From an uncultured Alphaproteobacteria bacterium (GTDB taxonomy: Bacteria > Pseudomonadota > Alphaproteobacteria > Rhizobiales > Aestuariivirgaceae), in the NCBI GenBank assembly GCA_963789175.1, contig CAWBJO010000009.1:138218-170217 (forward strand): a stretch of DNA of 32,000 bases. The letters run 5' to 3'. The number at the start of each line of letters is the position of its first letter. The first letter of the stretch is position 1. Positions 15,559-22,590 of the stretch are shown here, in pieces. Under the pieces are notes generated by a model. It saw only the letters and a program-made list of their open reading frames with translations, was not told the origin of the DNA and searched no databases. Both the position numbers and the translations under genes were made by a program.

Positions 15559-15968
15559 AGGACCTCGAAGGTGAGCTCACCGGCGGATTCGAGCGCCAAC
15601 TCGAAGGTGATTTCGCCATCATGGGACGCCGCGTATTCGAGGGCGGCAACCTGGAACGGACCGGTGATGCGTCCGAAATCGGGGACCACCACCTGCCAGT
15701 CGCGAATGGCGCCCGAGAAGAACACGTCGCGCACGGCGGCATCCGACTGCGCATCGCAGAAGACGCCGGCACCGCGGATGCTCGCCTGGCGCACGCCGGC
15801 GCCCTCGAGCAGCGTCCGCCAAGCGCCGGCCGATTCCTGGTGCGTGGCGTCGACCGTCTGGGCATTGAGGGCAAGGCCATGGGTGCGAAGACCCCCGACG
15901 GTCGCGAAGGCGCCGCCCGGCTCGGCGGCCAACTTCAACAACAGGTCGCGGCCGCGTTGTGCCGTCAT
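15555..15968 (-). CDS. major tail (tube) protein (RcGTA g9 homologue), 137 aa
   Basis: Internal ATG at 15968 (ATGA overlap with g8). The sequence LLLKLAAEPGGAFATVGGLRTHGLALNAQTVDATHQESAGAWRTLLEGAGVRQASIRGAGVF...EITFELALESAGELTF matches the GTA/TP901-1-type major tail pattern. Confidence 0.8.
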   Translation of the reverse strand: MTAQRGRDLLLKLAAEPGGAFATVGGLRTHGLALNAQTVDATHQESAGAWRTLLEGAGVRQASIRGAGVFCDAQSDAAVRDVFFSGAIRDWQVVVPDFGRITGPFQVAALEYAASHDGEITFELALESAGELTFEVL

Positions 15969-16393
15969 GTCTCCTCCCTCGGATCCTGGGTCACGATGCG
16001 CAGACGCATGAGACCGTGATAGCGTTCGTTCTCCAGCTCGTGGACCACCGTCCAGAAGACCGGCCGCACCGTGACGACGCGATGCGGCTCGGCATCGAGG
16101 CCGTCGGTCGCGAGCAGCGCGTCGATCGCCGCGATGGCGTCGAGCGCGAGCTTGCGGCCGTGTCCGGCGGTCCACACGTGCAGGACCGCCATGTGCTCGT
16201 GACCACGGCTCGTCTGGGTGCTCCAGTCGCGCGTCTCGACTTCGCCCACCATCGCGAATGGAAGCGGGCCGTCGGCCGGAACGTTGTCGTAGACGCGGCC
16301 GGCCAGGATGGCGGCGACGCCGGGATCGCCGAGCAGCCGGCGGCGCAGCGCCGTCTGGACGGCAAGCGTCGCGTTCACAAGCGTCGCGTTCAT
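15965..16393 (-). CDS. DUF3168 tail terminator protein (RcGTA g8 homologue), 142 aa
   Basis: Internal ATG at 16393 (ATGA overlap with g7). LRRRLLGDPGVAAILAGRVYDNVPADGPLPFAMVGEVETRDWST...HEHMAVLHVWT fits the DUF3168 pattern. Confidence 0.75.
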   Translation of the reverse strand: MNATLVNATLAVQTALRRRLLGDPGVAAILAGRVYDNVPADGPLPFAMVGEVETRDWSTQTSRGHEHMAVLHVWTAGHGRKLALDAIAAIDALLATDGLDAEPHRVVTVRPVFWTVVHELENERYHGLMRLRIVTQDPREET

Positions 16394-16713
16394 GGGCCGA
16401 CGACCTCGCTGCAGTAGCAGATGGACCATCGCCGCCGCGCCGTGCCGGGAAACACGGCGACGATGTCGAACACCCGTCCCGACGCCGCAAAGCGCATGGC
16501 GGGCGCGAGGTCGGCGCGGTAGCGCAGGCGGACGCGATGGGTGAGCCTGGAGCGCATCGCCGCCGCGACGGGACTTTCGCCGCCCGACATCGCCTCGACG
16601 TTCGCCCAGACGGAGTCGCGCAGCCGCCAGGCCACCTCGCGCCCGCCAGAGTCGTTCCACACGGACTCCGGCGCCTCGAGCGCCAGGCGCTGGTTCAAGT
16701 CGGCGATCCTCAT
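16390..16713 (-). CDS. head-tail stopper / head-closure protein (SPP1 gp16-like; RcGTA g7 homologue), 107 aa
   Basis: Internal ATG at 16713 (ATGA overlap with g6). LTHRVRLRYRADLAPAMRFAASGRVFDIVAV...RRRWSICYCSE matches the conserved C-terminal pattern of this family. Confidence 0.75.
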   Translation of the reverse strand: MRIADLNQRLALEAPESVWNDSGGREVAWRLRDSVWANVEAMSGGESPVAAAMRSRLTHRVRLRYRADLAPAMRFAASGRVFDIVAVFPGTARRRWSICYCSEVVGP

Positions 16714-17267
16714 GCCAAGCGGACCGGCAGATAGGAGGAGACGAGCGAGGCCACGTGCGGTCCCGCCGCCGCTTCGCGGTTCTCGTACCAGGCGGCGACG
16801 AGCGCGCACACGGCATGGCGCAGGGTCGGCGGCACGTCGACCGGTGCGGAGCCGAAGCCGGCCCGGAAGGTCACCTCGATACCGCCACGCTCACGTCCCG
16901 GCCGCGGCCACATGCGATCGCGGCGCCTGACCAGCTCCGCCGGACGCTGCGCGTTGTCGAGATAGTAGTGGGCAGGATCGACGCGTTGGCCTTCGTCGTC
17001 CTCGCCCCACACCATGAGCTCGAGGATGCCGGCGACCGGCCAGCGCGGCAGCGCAACGGATGCAACTGCCGGCCAGGCGTCGAGCGACAGCCGCCATGTC
17101 TGGTCGATGAGGGCGAGGCCGGTGAGGAGCTCGACCTGCTCGCGGGCGGAAGCCACGAGCGAAGCGACGAGCTCGTCCTCATGGTCGCCATCGAGCCTCA
17201 GCCACGCCTTCGCATCGGCAAGCGTCACGGGTTCCGCCGCCGGCGGACCGGTCAGGATCAAAGTCAT
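16710..17267 (-). CDS. gp6-like head-tail connector / adaptor (RcGTA g6 homologue)
   Basis: EPVTLADAKAWLRLDGDHEDELVASLVASAREQVELLTGLALIDQTWRLSLDAWP is the classical phage gp6-like connector N-terminus. ATG 17267 with GGAAGA upstream. Confidence 0.8.
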   Translation of the reverse strand: MTLILTGPPAAEPVTLADAKAWLRLDGDHEDELVASLVASAREQVELLTGLALIDQTWRLSLDAWPAVASVALPRWPVAGILELMVWGEDDEGQRVDPAHYYLDNAQRPAELVRRRDRMWPRPGRERGGIEVTFRAGFGSAPVDVPPTLRHAVCALVAAWYENREAAAGPHVASLVSSYLPVRLA

Positions 17268-17283
17268 GTCGATGGTCTTCCGA

Positions 17284-18537
17284 TCAGGCGGCGATCTTCA
17301 GAAGCTTCGCGGCTTCGAAGTTCTGCACGCCGCCGCCGACGCGCTTCGTCGTGTAGAAGAGCACGTAGGGCTTGGCGGAATAGGGATCGCGGAGGATGCG
17401 CACGCCGAGACGGTCGACGATGAGATAAAAGCTGCGGAAGTCGCCGAAGGCCAGCGGAAACGCATCGGGCGCGATGGACGGCATGGCTTCGGCTTCGACG
17501 ATGGGAAAGCCGAGGAGCGATGCCGGCGCGCCGGCCGCGGCGGCCGGCTGCCAGAGATAGTCGCCGTCGGCATTCTTGATCTTGCGGATCTCGTTCTGGG
17601 TGCGGCGGTTCATGACAAAGCTGGCGCCCTGGCGGTAGCCCGCCTTCACCGCATATATGATGTTGAGAAGGACATCGGCCGGCGCGGCGGGTGCGAAACC
17701 CGCGGCGGCGCCGGTCGCCACGTAACCGACGTTGCTCCAGGTCCAGCCGCCGTCGGCAGTCTTCGGATAGTTGAGGAAGCCGCGCGGGCGCGCCACGCCG
17801 TCACCATTGACGAAGGCCTCGGTCTCCTGCTCGGCGAAGGCCGCCTGCACCTCTTCGGCAATCCAGCGGTCGATGTCGACGGCCGCGTCGTCGAGGAGCG
17901 TCTGGGTGGCGGCAGGCATGGCGTAGATCTCCATGGCCGGAAACTGAAGCTCGGCGAGCGACGGGCCGGCGGTCTCCGGCCTGGCGGCCGTCTCGCCCAC
18001 CCAACCGGTGGCTGCGCCGGCGATGGCGAAAGGCTTCTTGTAGACGGCGGCGGAGATGTGGCGGACGGTCGCGACCGCGCGCAGCGGCGAAGCCTGGCGC
18101 AGGAGCCGGCCGATCTCCGTCTCGGTCTCTTCGGGAACGAGGTAGCCGCCGTCGGGGCCCGAACCGGAGGTGAGGCTCTTCGCCTCGAGATCGACCAGGC
18201 CCGTCGCCTCGCCCCGGCGCATATAAAGCGCGAAGGCCTGCTTGTGCTCGCTCACCTCGCAAGAGCCATGCGGCGAGCCGCGGTCGAGCGGCGGGCGGCG
18301 GCCCTTGATGGCGAGCTCGTCGAGCCGGGACTTGTGCTCGGCGACGGCGCGGTTCAGCCGCTCCACCTTTTCCTCGGTCACGACGTCGGCGGTCATGCGA
18401 CGCTCGATCTCCTGAAGCCGGCGGTCGTTCGCCTCCTTGAAAGCCTCGAAGCTGTGCATGAAGCCGCCATAGGCCGCGTCGATCTCGGCATGGTCCGGCA
18501 CGACCTTGGTTTCGAGCGGCAGGTTCAATTCTTTCAT
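17284..18537 (-). CDS. HK97-fold major capsid protein with N-terminal delta/scaffold domain (RcGTA g5 homologue), 417 aa
   Basis: Internal ATG at 18537 (ATGA overlap with the protease stop). Coiled-coil N-terminal region FKEANDRRLQEIERRM...VERLNRAVAEHKSRLDEL. GPDGGYLVPEE motif and C-terminal FYTTKRVGGGV are typical of HK97-family capsids. Confidence 0.9.
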   Translation of the reverse strand: MKELNLPLETKVVPDHAEIDAAYGGFMHSFEAFKEANDRRLQEIERRMTADVVTEEKVERLNRAVAEHKSRLDELAIKGRRPPLDRGSPHGSCEVSEHKQAFALYMRRGEATGLVDLEAKSLTSGSGPDGGYLVPEETETEIGRLLRQASPLRAVATVRHISAAVYKKPFAIAGAATGWVGETAARPETAGPSLAELQFPAMEIYAMPAATQTLLDDAAVDIDRWIAEEVQAAFAEQETEAFVNGDGVARPRGFLNYPKTADGGWTWSNVGYVATGAAAGFAPAAPADVLLNIIYAVKAGYRQGASFVMNRRTQNEIRKIKNADGDYLWQPAAAAGAPASLLGFPIVEAEAMPSIAPDAFPLAFGDFRSFYLIVDRLGVRILRDPYSAKPYVLFYTTKRVGGGVQNFEAAKLLKIAA

Positions 18538-18992
18538 CTTTTCCTCGCTTTGCTGAAGACGTCGTCGGGGCCGGGACGGAGCACGGGCCGGGCGACCCGG
18601 GCAGAGCCCTGCATGGGGAAGGTCACGAGCGAGATTTCCCAGAGGTCGATGCTCGCAAGCTCGCGGATGCCGGCTGTGCGGCGGTGGTTGGCGGCCAGGG
18701 TTCGAAATCCGATGGACAGTCCGTCGACGGCGCCGTCGCAGAGCAGCGCGGCGATGTCGCGAACGCGGGCCGACCCCAGGGACAGGCGCCCCTCGGCGAA
18801 CAGGCCGCGCGCATCCTCGACGAGCCGCGTCCACACGCCGATCGGCTCGCCATGATCGTGCTGGAACAGCATGCGCACGTCGGCCGCAGGCCGCCGGCGG
18901 AGGCATGCCGCAAAGGCGCCGGGCAGCACGAGGTCGCCGACGCCGTCGACGATGCCGAACCGGCTCGCATATCCGCAAATGGACAGAGTCAC
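18534..18992 (-). CDS. HK97-family prohead protease (RcGTA g4 homologue), 152 aa
   Basis: GTG at 18992-18990, 5 nt after the portal TAG. ICGYASRFGIVDGVGDLVLPGAF, MLFQHD..PIGVW, DGLSIGF and LWEISLVTFP are the S78 protease motifs. The rest of the 544-aa track ORF overlaps the portal gene in another frame and is not coding. Confidence 0.85.
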   Translation of the reverse strand: MTLSICGYASRFGIVDGVGDLVLPGAFAACLRRRPAADVRMLFQHDHGEPIGVWTRLVEDARGLFAEGRLSLGSARVRDIAALLCDGAVDGLSIGFRTLAANHRRTAGIRELASIDLWEISLVTFPMQGSARVARPVLRPGPDDVFSKARKR

Positions 18993-18997
18993 CGAAC

Positions 18998-20209
18998 CTA
19001 CAGCCGGTCGCCGCCCGGAACCGGCGCGTAGCCGATCGCCTGGCGCTTCTCGTTCAAGGTCAGGAAGCTCGCCTTCTCGACGCGGCTCCACAGCGCTTCG
19101 CGCTCGGTCGACAATGCCTCGATACCGTCCATATCCGGCGCGAGGACGAGTCCGGACCCGAATGCCGGGCCGAGCCAGCGCGCCATCGCCCGCGCGGTGC
19201 GGTTGACGAGCGGGAGGATCGTCTGCCGCCAGAAGGTGCGGTTGGCCTCGGCATAGTTCGCGTAGGTGTTGTCGCCGGGAATGCCGAGCAGCATGGGCGG
19301 CACGCCGAAAGCGAGGGCGATGTCGCGCGCGGCGGCATGCTTGGCCTCGATGTGCTCCATGTCCTTGGGACTCAGAGCCATCTCCTTCCAGTCGAGGCCG
19401 CCTTCGAGGAGGAGCGGCCGGCCGGCGTTGACGGCGCCCTGGTAGGTTTGCTCGAGCTCGCGCTTCAACCGTGCGAACTGGCCCTCGCTCAGGTTCTCGC
19501 TGCCCGGCGGTCCGCGATAGACGAGCGCGCCGGAGGGCCTGGCGCTGTTGTCCAACAGCGCCTTGTTCCAGGCCGCCGCCTCGTTGTGGATGTCGACACT
19601 CGCGGCGGCGGGCGCGAAGGGCGAAAGACCGTAATGATCGCTGACGGGATCGAAGAGCCGCAGGTGAAGGATGGGCTCGACGTCGTTCGACGCGTCCTGC
19701 CGGTAGCGCACGACTCGACCGGAGACCGAATATTCGTAGGCGTCCGGCCAGCCGTCCGGCCCCGGCACGACCTTCATCCGATCGGAGCGGAGCACGTGCA
19801 GCTCGCGGACCGTGCCTTTCACCGCGACCGCCTCGGCATAGGCGTTGCCGGTGACGAGCAGCTGCCCATAGAGAGCCTCGCTCCAGCTCTGGCCGTCGGC
19901 ATGGGCGTTCGGGCAGCCGATGAGGTCGAGCAGCGGATGGGCGCCATGCTCTCGCCGCCCCTCGAAGAGCAGCCAGGGAACGGACGCCGCGGCTTCGGCG
20001 ATCATGCGCACGCAACGATAGCCCACCGGATTGGCGGCGAAGCCCTCGCGCGCGAAGGCGGTCGCGTTGCGGGCCGACCAGCGCGGCCGGCGGCGGGCCT
20101 CGAGCGCGACGAGCGGCACCGGCATTCCGTTCTTCGTCTCGACGCGCGGAACGGCGGACGAAAGCCAACCCTTCATGCGCGACACGACTGCCATCATTCC
20201 AAGCTCCAT
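18998..20209 (-). CDS. HK97-family portal protein (RcGTA g3 homologue), 403 aa
   Basis: Start ATG 20209 is preceded by CCGGAGGGCCTG and overlaps the TerL stop (TGATG). An alternative ATG lies at 20176 (MKGWL). YRCVRMIAEAAASVPW, LLVTGNAY, NEAAAWNKALLDN and FGVPPMLLGIPGDNTYANY are typical portal blocks. Confidence 0.9.
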   Translation of the reverse strand: MELGMMAVVSRMKGWLSSAVPRVETKNGMPVPLVALEARRRPRWSARNATAFAREGFAANPVGYRCVRMIAEAAASVPWLLFEGRREHGAHPLLDLIGCPNAHADGQSWSEALYGQLLVTGNAYAEAVAVKGTVRELHVLRSDRMKVVPGPDGWPDAYEYSVSGRVVRYRQDASNDVEPILHLRLFDPVSDHYGLSPFAPAAASVDIHNEAAAWNKALLDNSARPSGALVYRGPPGSENLSEGQFARLKRELEQTYQGAVNAGRPLLLEGGLDWKEMALSPKDMEHIEAKHAAARDIALAFGVPPMLLGIPGDNTYANYAEANRTFWRQTILPLVNRTARAMARWLGPAFGSGLVLAPDMDGIEALSTEREALWSRVEKASFLTLNEKRQAIGYAPVPGGDRL

Positions 20210-21534
20210 CAGGCCCTCCGGATGCGCGGGTCGCCGGACTGACGCAACAGCATCAGCTCGGTGAGCGCCCACACAAGGGCGTCGAGGCGGTCCGGGCTGG
20301 CGCCGCCGGCGGCATCGGAACCGAAGGCGCACATCTCGTCCTCGAGGCGGGGGAAGCTGCCGACATGCGAGATGCGGTGCTGCTCATAGAGCGTGGCGAC
20401 GGGCTCGGCGCGCAGATGCTTGCCGCGACTGGCGCGCACGGCGCGCACCGGCAGCGCGGCATCTACAGTGCGCAGCACGTTCGCCACCAGGTCGCCGCCC
20501 TGGTTGACCTCGGCGACGACGAGGTTGGCATCGAGGTCGTGATAGAGCTTCACCGCGGCGCGCGCCCAGGTGAGCGGCGCCACGCCCTGCATGGTGCGGT
20601 CGGCGAGAACATAGCCGCGGCCATCCTCGCCGAGTCCGGCGGCGACGATGCCGCAGGCGTCGGCATCCTCCCCTGCCGTCACCGGCGGATCGATGGCGAC
20701 GACGATGCGCTGAAGCTCCGGGTGCTCGGCGACGCGCGTCGCGTCGATGACGGCGCGGGAGAAGAGCGCATTCGGATTGTCGTCGAGCACCTCGCCGTCG
20801 AGCTCCTGGCGGCCGAGGCGCGAGCCGCCATAGAGCGCGTTGAGGTCGGCAAGGAAGGTCGGGGCGAGATTGTCGGCATTGTCGAAGGTGCGGCTGCGCG
20901 TGACGTGCACGGAGGAATCGGCGAGAAGCTTGCGGATAAGCGGAATGGGACGCGGCGTCGTGGTCACGACCTGGCGGGGACGGCGGCCGAGCCGCAATCC
21001 AAACTGCAGCATGTCCCAGGTCTCGTTCGGATATCGCCACTTGGCGAGCTCGTCGCACCAGGCGAGATGGAACTGGGGTCCGCGCAGGAGCTCGGGCCGT
21101 TCGGCGGAAAAGAGCTGCGCCACGGAGCCGTTGGGAAACACCATCTCGCGGCGCGACGGGAAGTAGCGCGGCCGCTCGCGGTCGGCATGGACGGCGAGCA
21201 GCCCGGAGTTGCCTTCGATCATCACCGCCCTGCCCTCATGCAGGCTCGGAGCCACGAGCGCCACGCGCAGCTCGTGCCCGGCATAGCGCATGGCATAGCG
21301 AACCCACTCGGCGCCGGTGCGGGTCTTGCCGGCGCCGCGGCCGCCGAGCAGAAGCCAGACGCGCCAGTCGGCATGCGGCGCGAGCTGGTCTTCGCGAGCC
21401 CAGAGCGGCCAGTCATTGATCATCCACTCCCGGGCCGGCGGCGGCTGCGCCATCAGCCTGTCGATCGCCTCCCCGGCGAGGCCGCTCTCGGCACACAGAC
21501 GCAACAGCGTCTTCAAGTTTCGCCCTGAGGGCAT
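20209..21534 (-). CDS. terminase large subunit (RcGTA g2 homologue)
   Basis: Walker A WLLLGGRGAGKTRTGAEW, CDELAKW (Walker B-like), and a C-terminal nuclease region IDPPVTAGEDADACGIV...VAEVNQGGD. Start set at ATG 21534 (GAGAGGACG upstream). An alternative ATG 21423 (GGGAGTGG upstream) would shorten it by 37 aa. Confidence 0.9.
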   Translation of the reverse strand: MPSGRNLKTLLRLCAESGLAGEAIDRLMAQPPPAREWMINDWPLWAREDQLAPHADWRVWLLLGGRGAGKTRTGAEWVRYAMRYAGHELRVALVAPSLHEGRAVMIEGNSGLLAVHADRERPRYFPSRREMVFPNGSVAQLFSAERPELLRGPQFHLAWCDELAKWRYPNETWDMLQFGLRLGRRPRQVVTTTPRPIPLIRKLLADSSVHVTRSRTFDNADNLAPTFLADLNALYGGSRLGRQELDGEVLDDNPNALFSRAVIDATRVAEHPELQRIVVAIDPPVTAGEDADACGIVAAGLGEDGRGYVLADRTMQGVAPLTWARAAVKLYHDLDANLVVAEVNQGGDLVANVLRTVDAALPVRAVRASRGKHLRAEPVATLYEQHRISHVGSFPRLEDEMCAFGSDAAGGASPDRLDALVWALTELMLLRQSGDPRIRRA

Positions 21535-21811
21535 CGTCCTCTCGCTGCTGATCGGATCCCGACAGGCGCGTCTTGGGCGGCAGGGACGGACCGAACTGCC
21601 GATCAACCATGCGCGAGAGCGCCGTCAGGCTGCGCAAATAGCGGTCATAGACGTCGGGATCGTAGTGGTCGGGAAGCTTCGGCAGGAAATCGACTAATTT
21701 CCGGGCGAGATGGCGCAGGCAGGGGCGGATGTTCTCAGCCGGGTGGTCGTCGATCGACAACGCGATTTCGCCGTCCGGCAAGGCGCCGTCCGCGCGTTCA
21801 GGGTCTGACAT
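21413..21811 (-). CDS. candidate GTA g1 / small-terminase-position protein, 132 aa (no family recognised)
   Basis: First gene of the operon. The true ATG is at 21811 (the track start at 21814 is a TTG). The first roughly 90 aa have a natural composition (DHPAENIRPCLRHLARKLVDFLPKLPDHYDPDVYDRYLRSL). The last roughly 40 aa overlap TerL and are Arg/Gly/Ala-rich. Confidence 0.45.
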   Translation of the reverse strand: MSDPERADGALPDGEIALSIDDHPAENIRPCLRHLARKLVDFLPKLPDHYDPDVYDRYLRSLTALSRMVDRQFGPSLPPKTRLSGSDQQREDDALRAKLEDAVASVCRERPRRGGDRQADGAAAAGPGVDDQ

Positions 21812-21854
21812 CAAGGGGTTTTTCCGTCGTGCCCCAATTCAGGAGCATGCCTGA

Positions 21855-21883
21855 AACCTATCCGGACACCGTCACGCTGTCAA
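21855..21883 (-). promoter_or_regulatory. sigma70-like promoter candidate for the GTA operon: TTGACA-N17-TAGGTT
   Basis: Minus strand reads TTGACA (21883-21878), a 17-nt spacer, then TAGGTT (21860-21855), 43 nt upstream of the g1 ATG. It lies in the only AT-richer gap between ycgN and g1. Confidence 0.35.
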
Positions 21884-21886
21884 GGA

Positions 21887-22387
21887 TTATTTTGCTAATG
21901 TCTTCTTTTTATTCTTAGGCCGGGACGGATCCGGCGCCGGCTTGGGCAGTCGCCAGCGCAGGGTCCACAGCTCGTCATCGCTGTAGCCCTCCTCGGAGCG
22001 GGTGCGACCGGAGACCGACACCCCCGCTTCCGCGACCGTCGCGAAGGTTCCGGAGACCAGCGGATGCCACCAGGGGAGGTCGCCGCCGCCGGCCAGGATG
22101 CGGTAGGCGCAACTCGACGGCAACCAGTCGAGATCGGCGACGTTACCTGCCGTCAACTGGACGCAATCGGGAACCCGGGTCGTCCGGTTGGCATAGTCGG
22201 TGCACCGGCAGGCGTCGCCGTCGAGGAGCTTGCAGGCCGCGGAGGTGAAATGAATGCGTCCCGTCTCCTCCTCCTCGAATTTGACGAGGCAGCAGCGCCC
22301 GCAGCCGTCGCACAGCGACTCCCATTCCGCCTCGGTCATCTGCCAGAGGCGCTTTCGCTTCCAGAACGGGGTGTCGTCGTTCACCAT
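21887..22387 (-). CDS. ycgN: YcgN-family (UPF0260) cysteine-cluster protein
   Basis: [36 protein letters not shown]...[10 protein letters not shown]...CRCTDY...VPDCVQL is the characteristic YcgN pattern. A Lys-rich tail follows. Confidence 0.85.
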   Translation of the reverse strand: MVNDDTPFWKRKRLWQMTEAEWESLCDGCGRCCLVKFEEEETGRIHFTSAACKLLDGDACRCTDYANRTTRVPDCVQLTAGNVADLDWLPSSCAYRILAGGGDLPWWHPLVSGTFATVAEAGVSVSGRTRSEEGYSDDELWTLRWRLPKPAPDPSRPKNKKKTLAK

Positions 22388-22590
22388 GATTCACGCCTTT
22401 CGCTCCGCCGGCGGCATGGGGTACACTAGCAAACATGTCCGCGAGCGGACAGTTTCACGGGGCCCACGGGGAGCGGCCGAGTGGCGCGGTTTTGCCAAAT
22501 TTTGCGGCTAGTCGTGCGATTCCCCTGCGGCAGCCGGCCCCACGGGGCAGTCTACAGAAAGGTCCGCCAGGGGAGCCATAGGGAAACTCG

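Larger units (their letters stand above)
5938..21883 (-). mobile_element. gene transfer agent (RcGTA-type, domesticated phage-derived) locus with in-cis tail-fibre and lysis genes and a candidate promoter
   Basis: 21 co-oriented, mostly overlapping genes in RcGTA g1-g15 order plus 4 extra genes. No integrase, repressor, replication genes or flanking repeats were seen. Both flanks are housekeeping genes. Confidence 0.85.

Noticed and set aside
17014-18855. 613-aa plus-strand ORF opposite the capsid and protease genes
   Set aside because: It is antisense to the clearly recognisable HK97-type capsid and has a low-complexity Arg/Gly/Ala composition, so it is a shadow ORF.
18534-20168. 544-aa track ORF that looks like one large gene
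   Set aside because: Only the last 152 codons (from GTG 18992) carry prohead-protease motifs. The upstream 390 codons overlap the portal gene out of frame and are Arg-rich. Similar trimming was applied to track ORFs 17284-18978, 15965-16816, 15555-16490, 15032-15880, 7396-9075 and 5938-6555.
5938-21883. Interpretation as an ordinary (possibly inducible) prophage
   Set aside because: No integrase, excisionase, repressor, replication or anti-termination genes are present, and no att-like direct repeats or tRNA lie at the borders. The block is too small for a head-tail phage genome and matches the GTA gene order exactly. Composition looks uniform with the flanks by eye.
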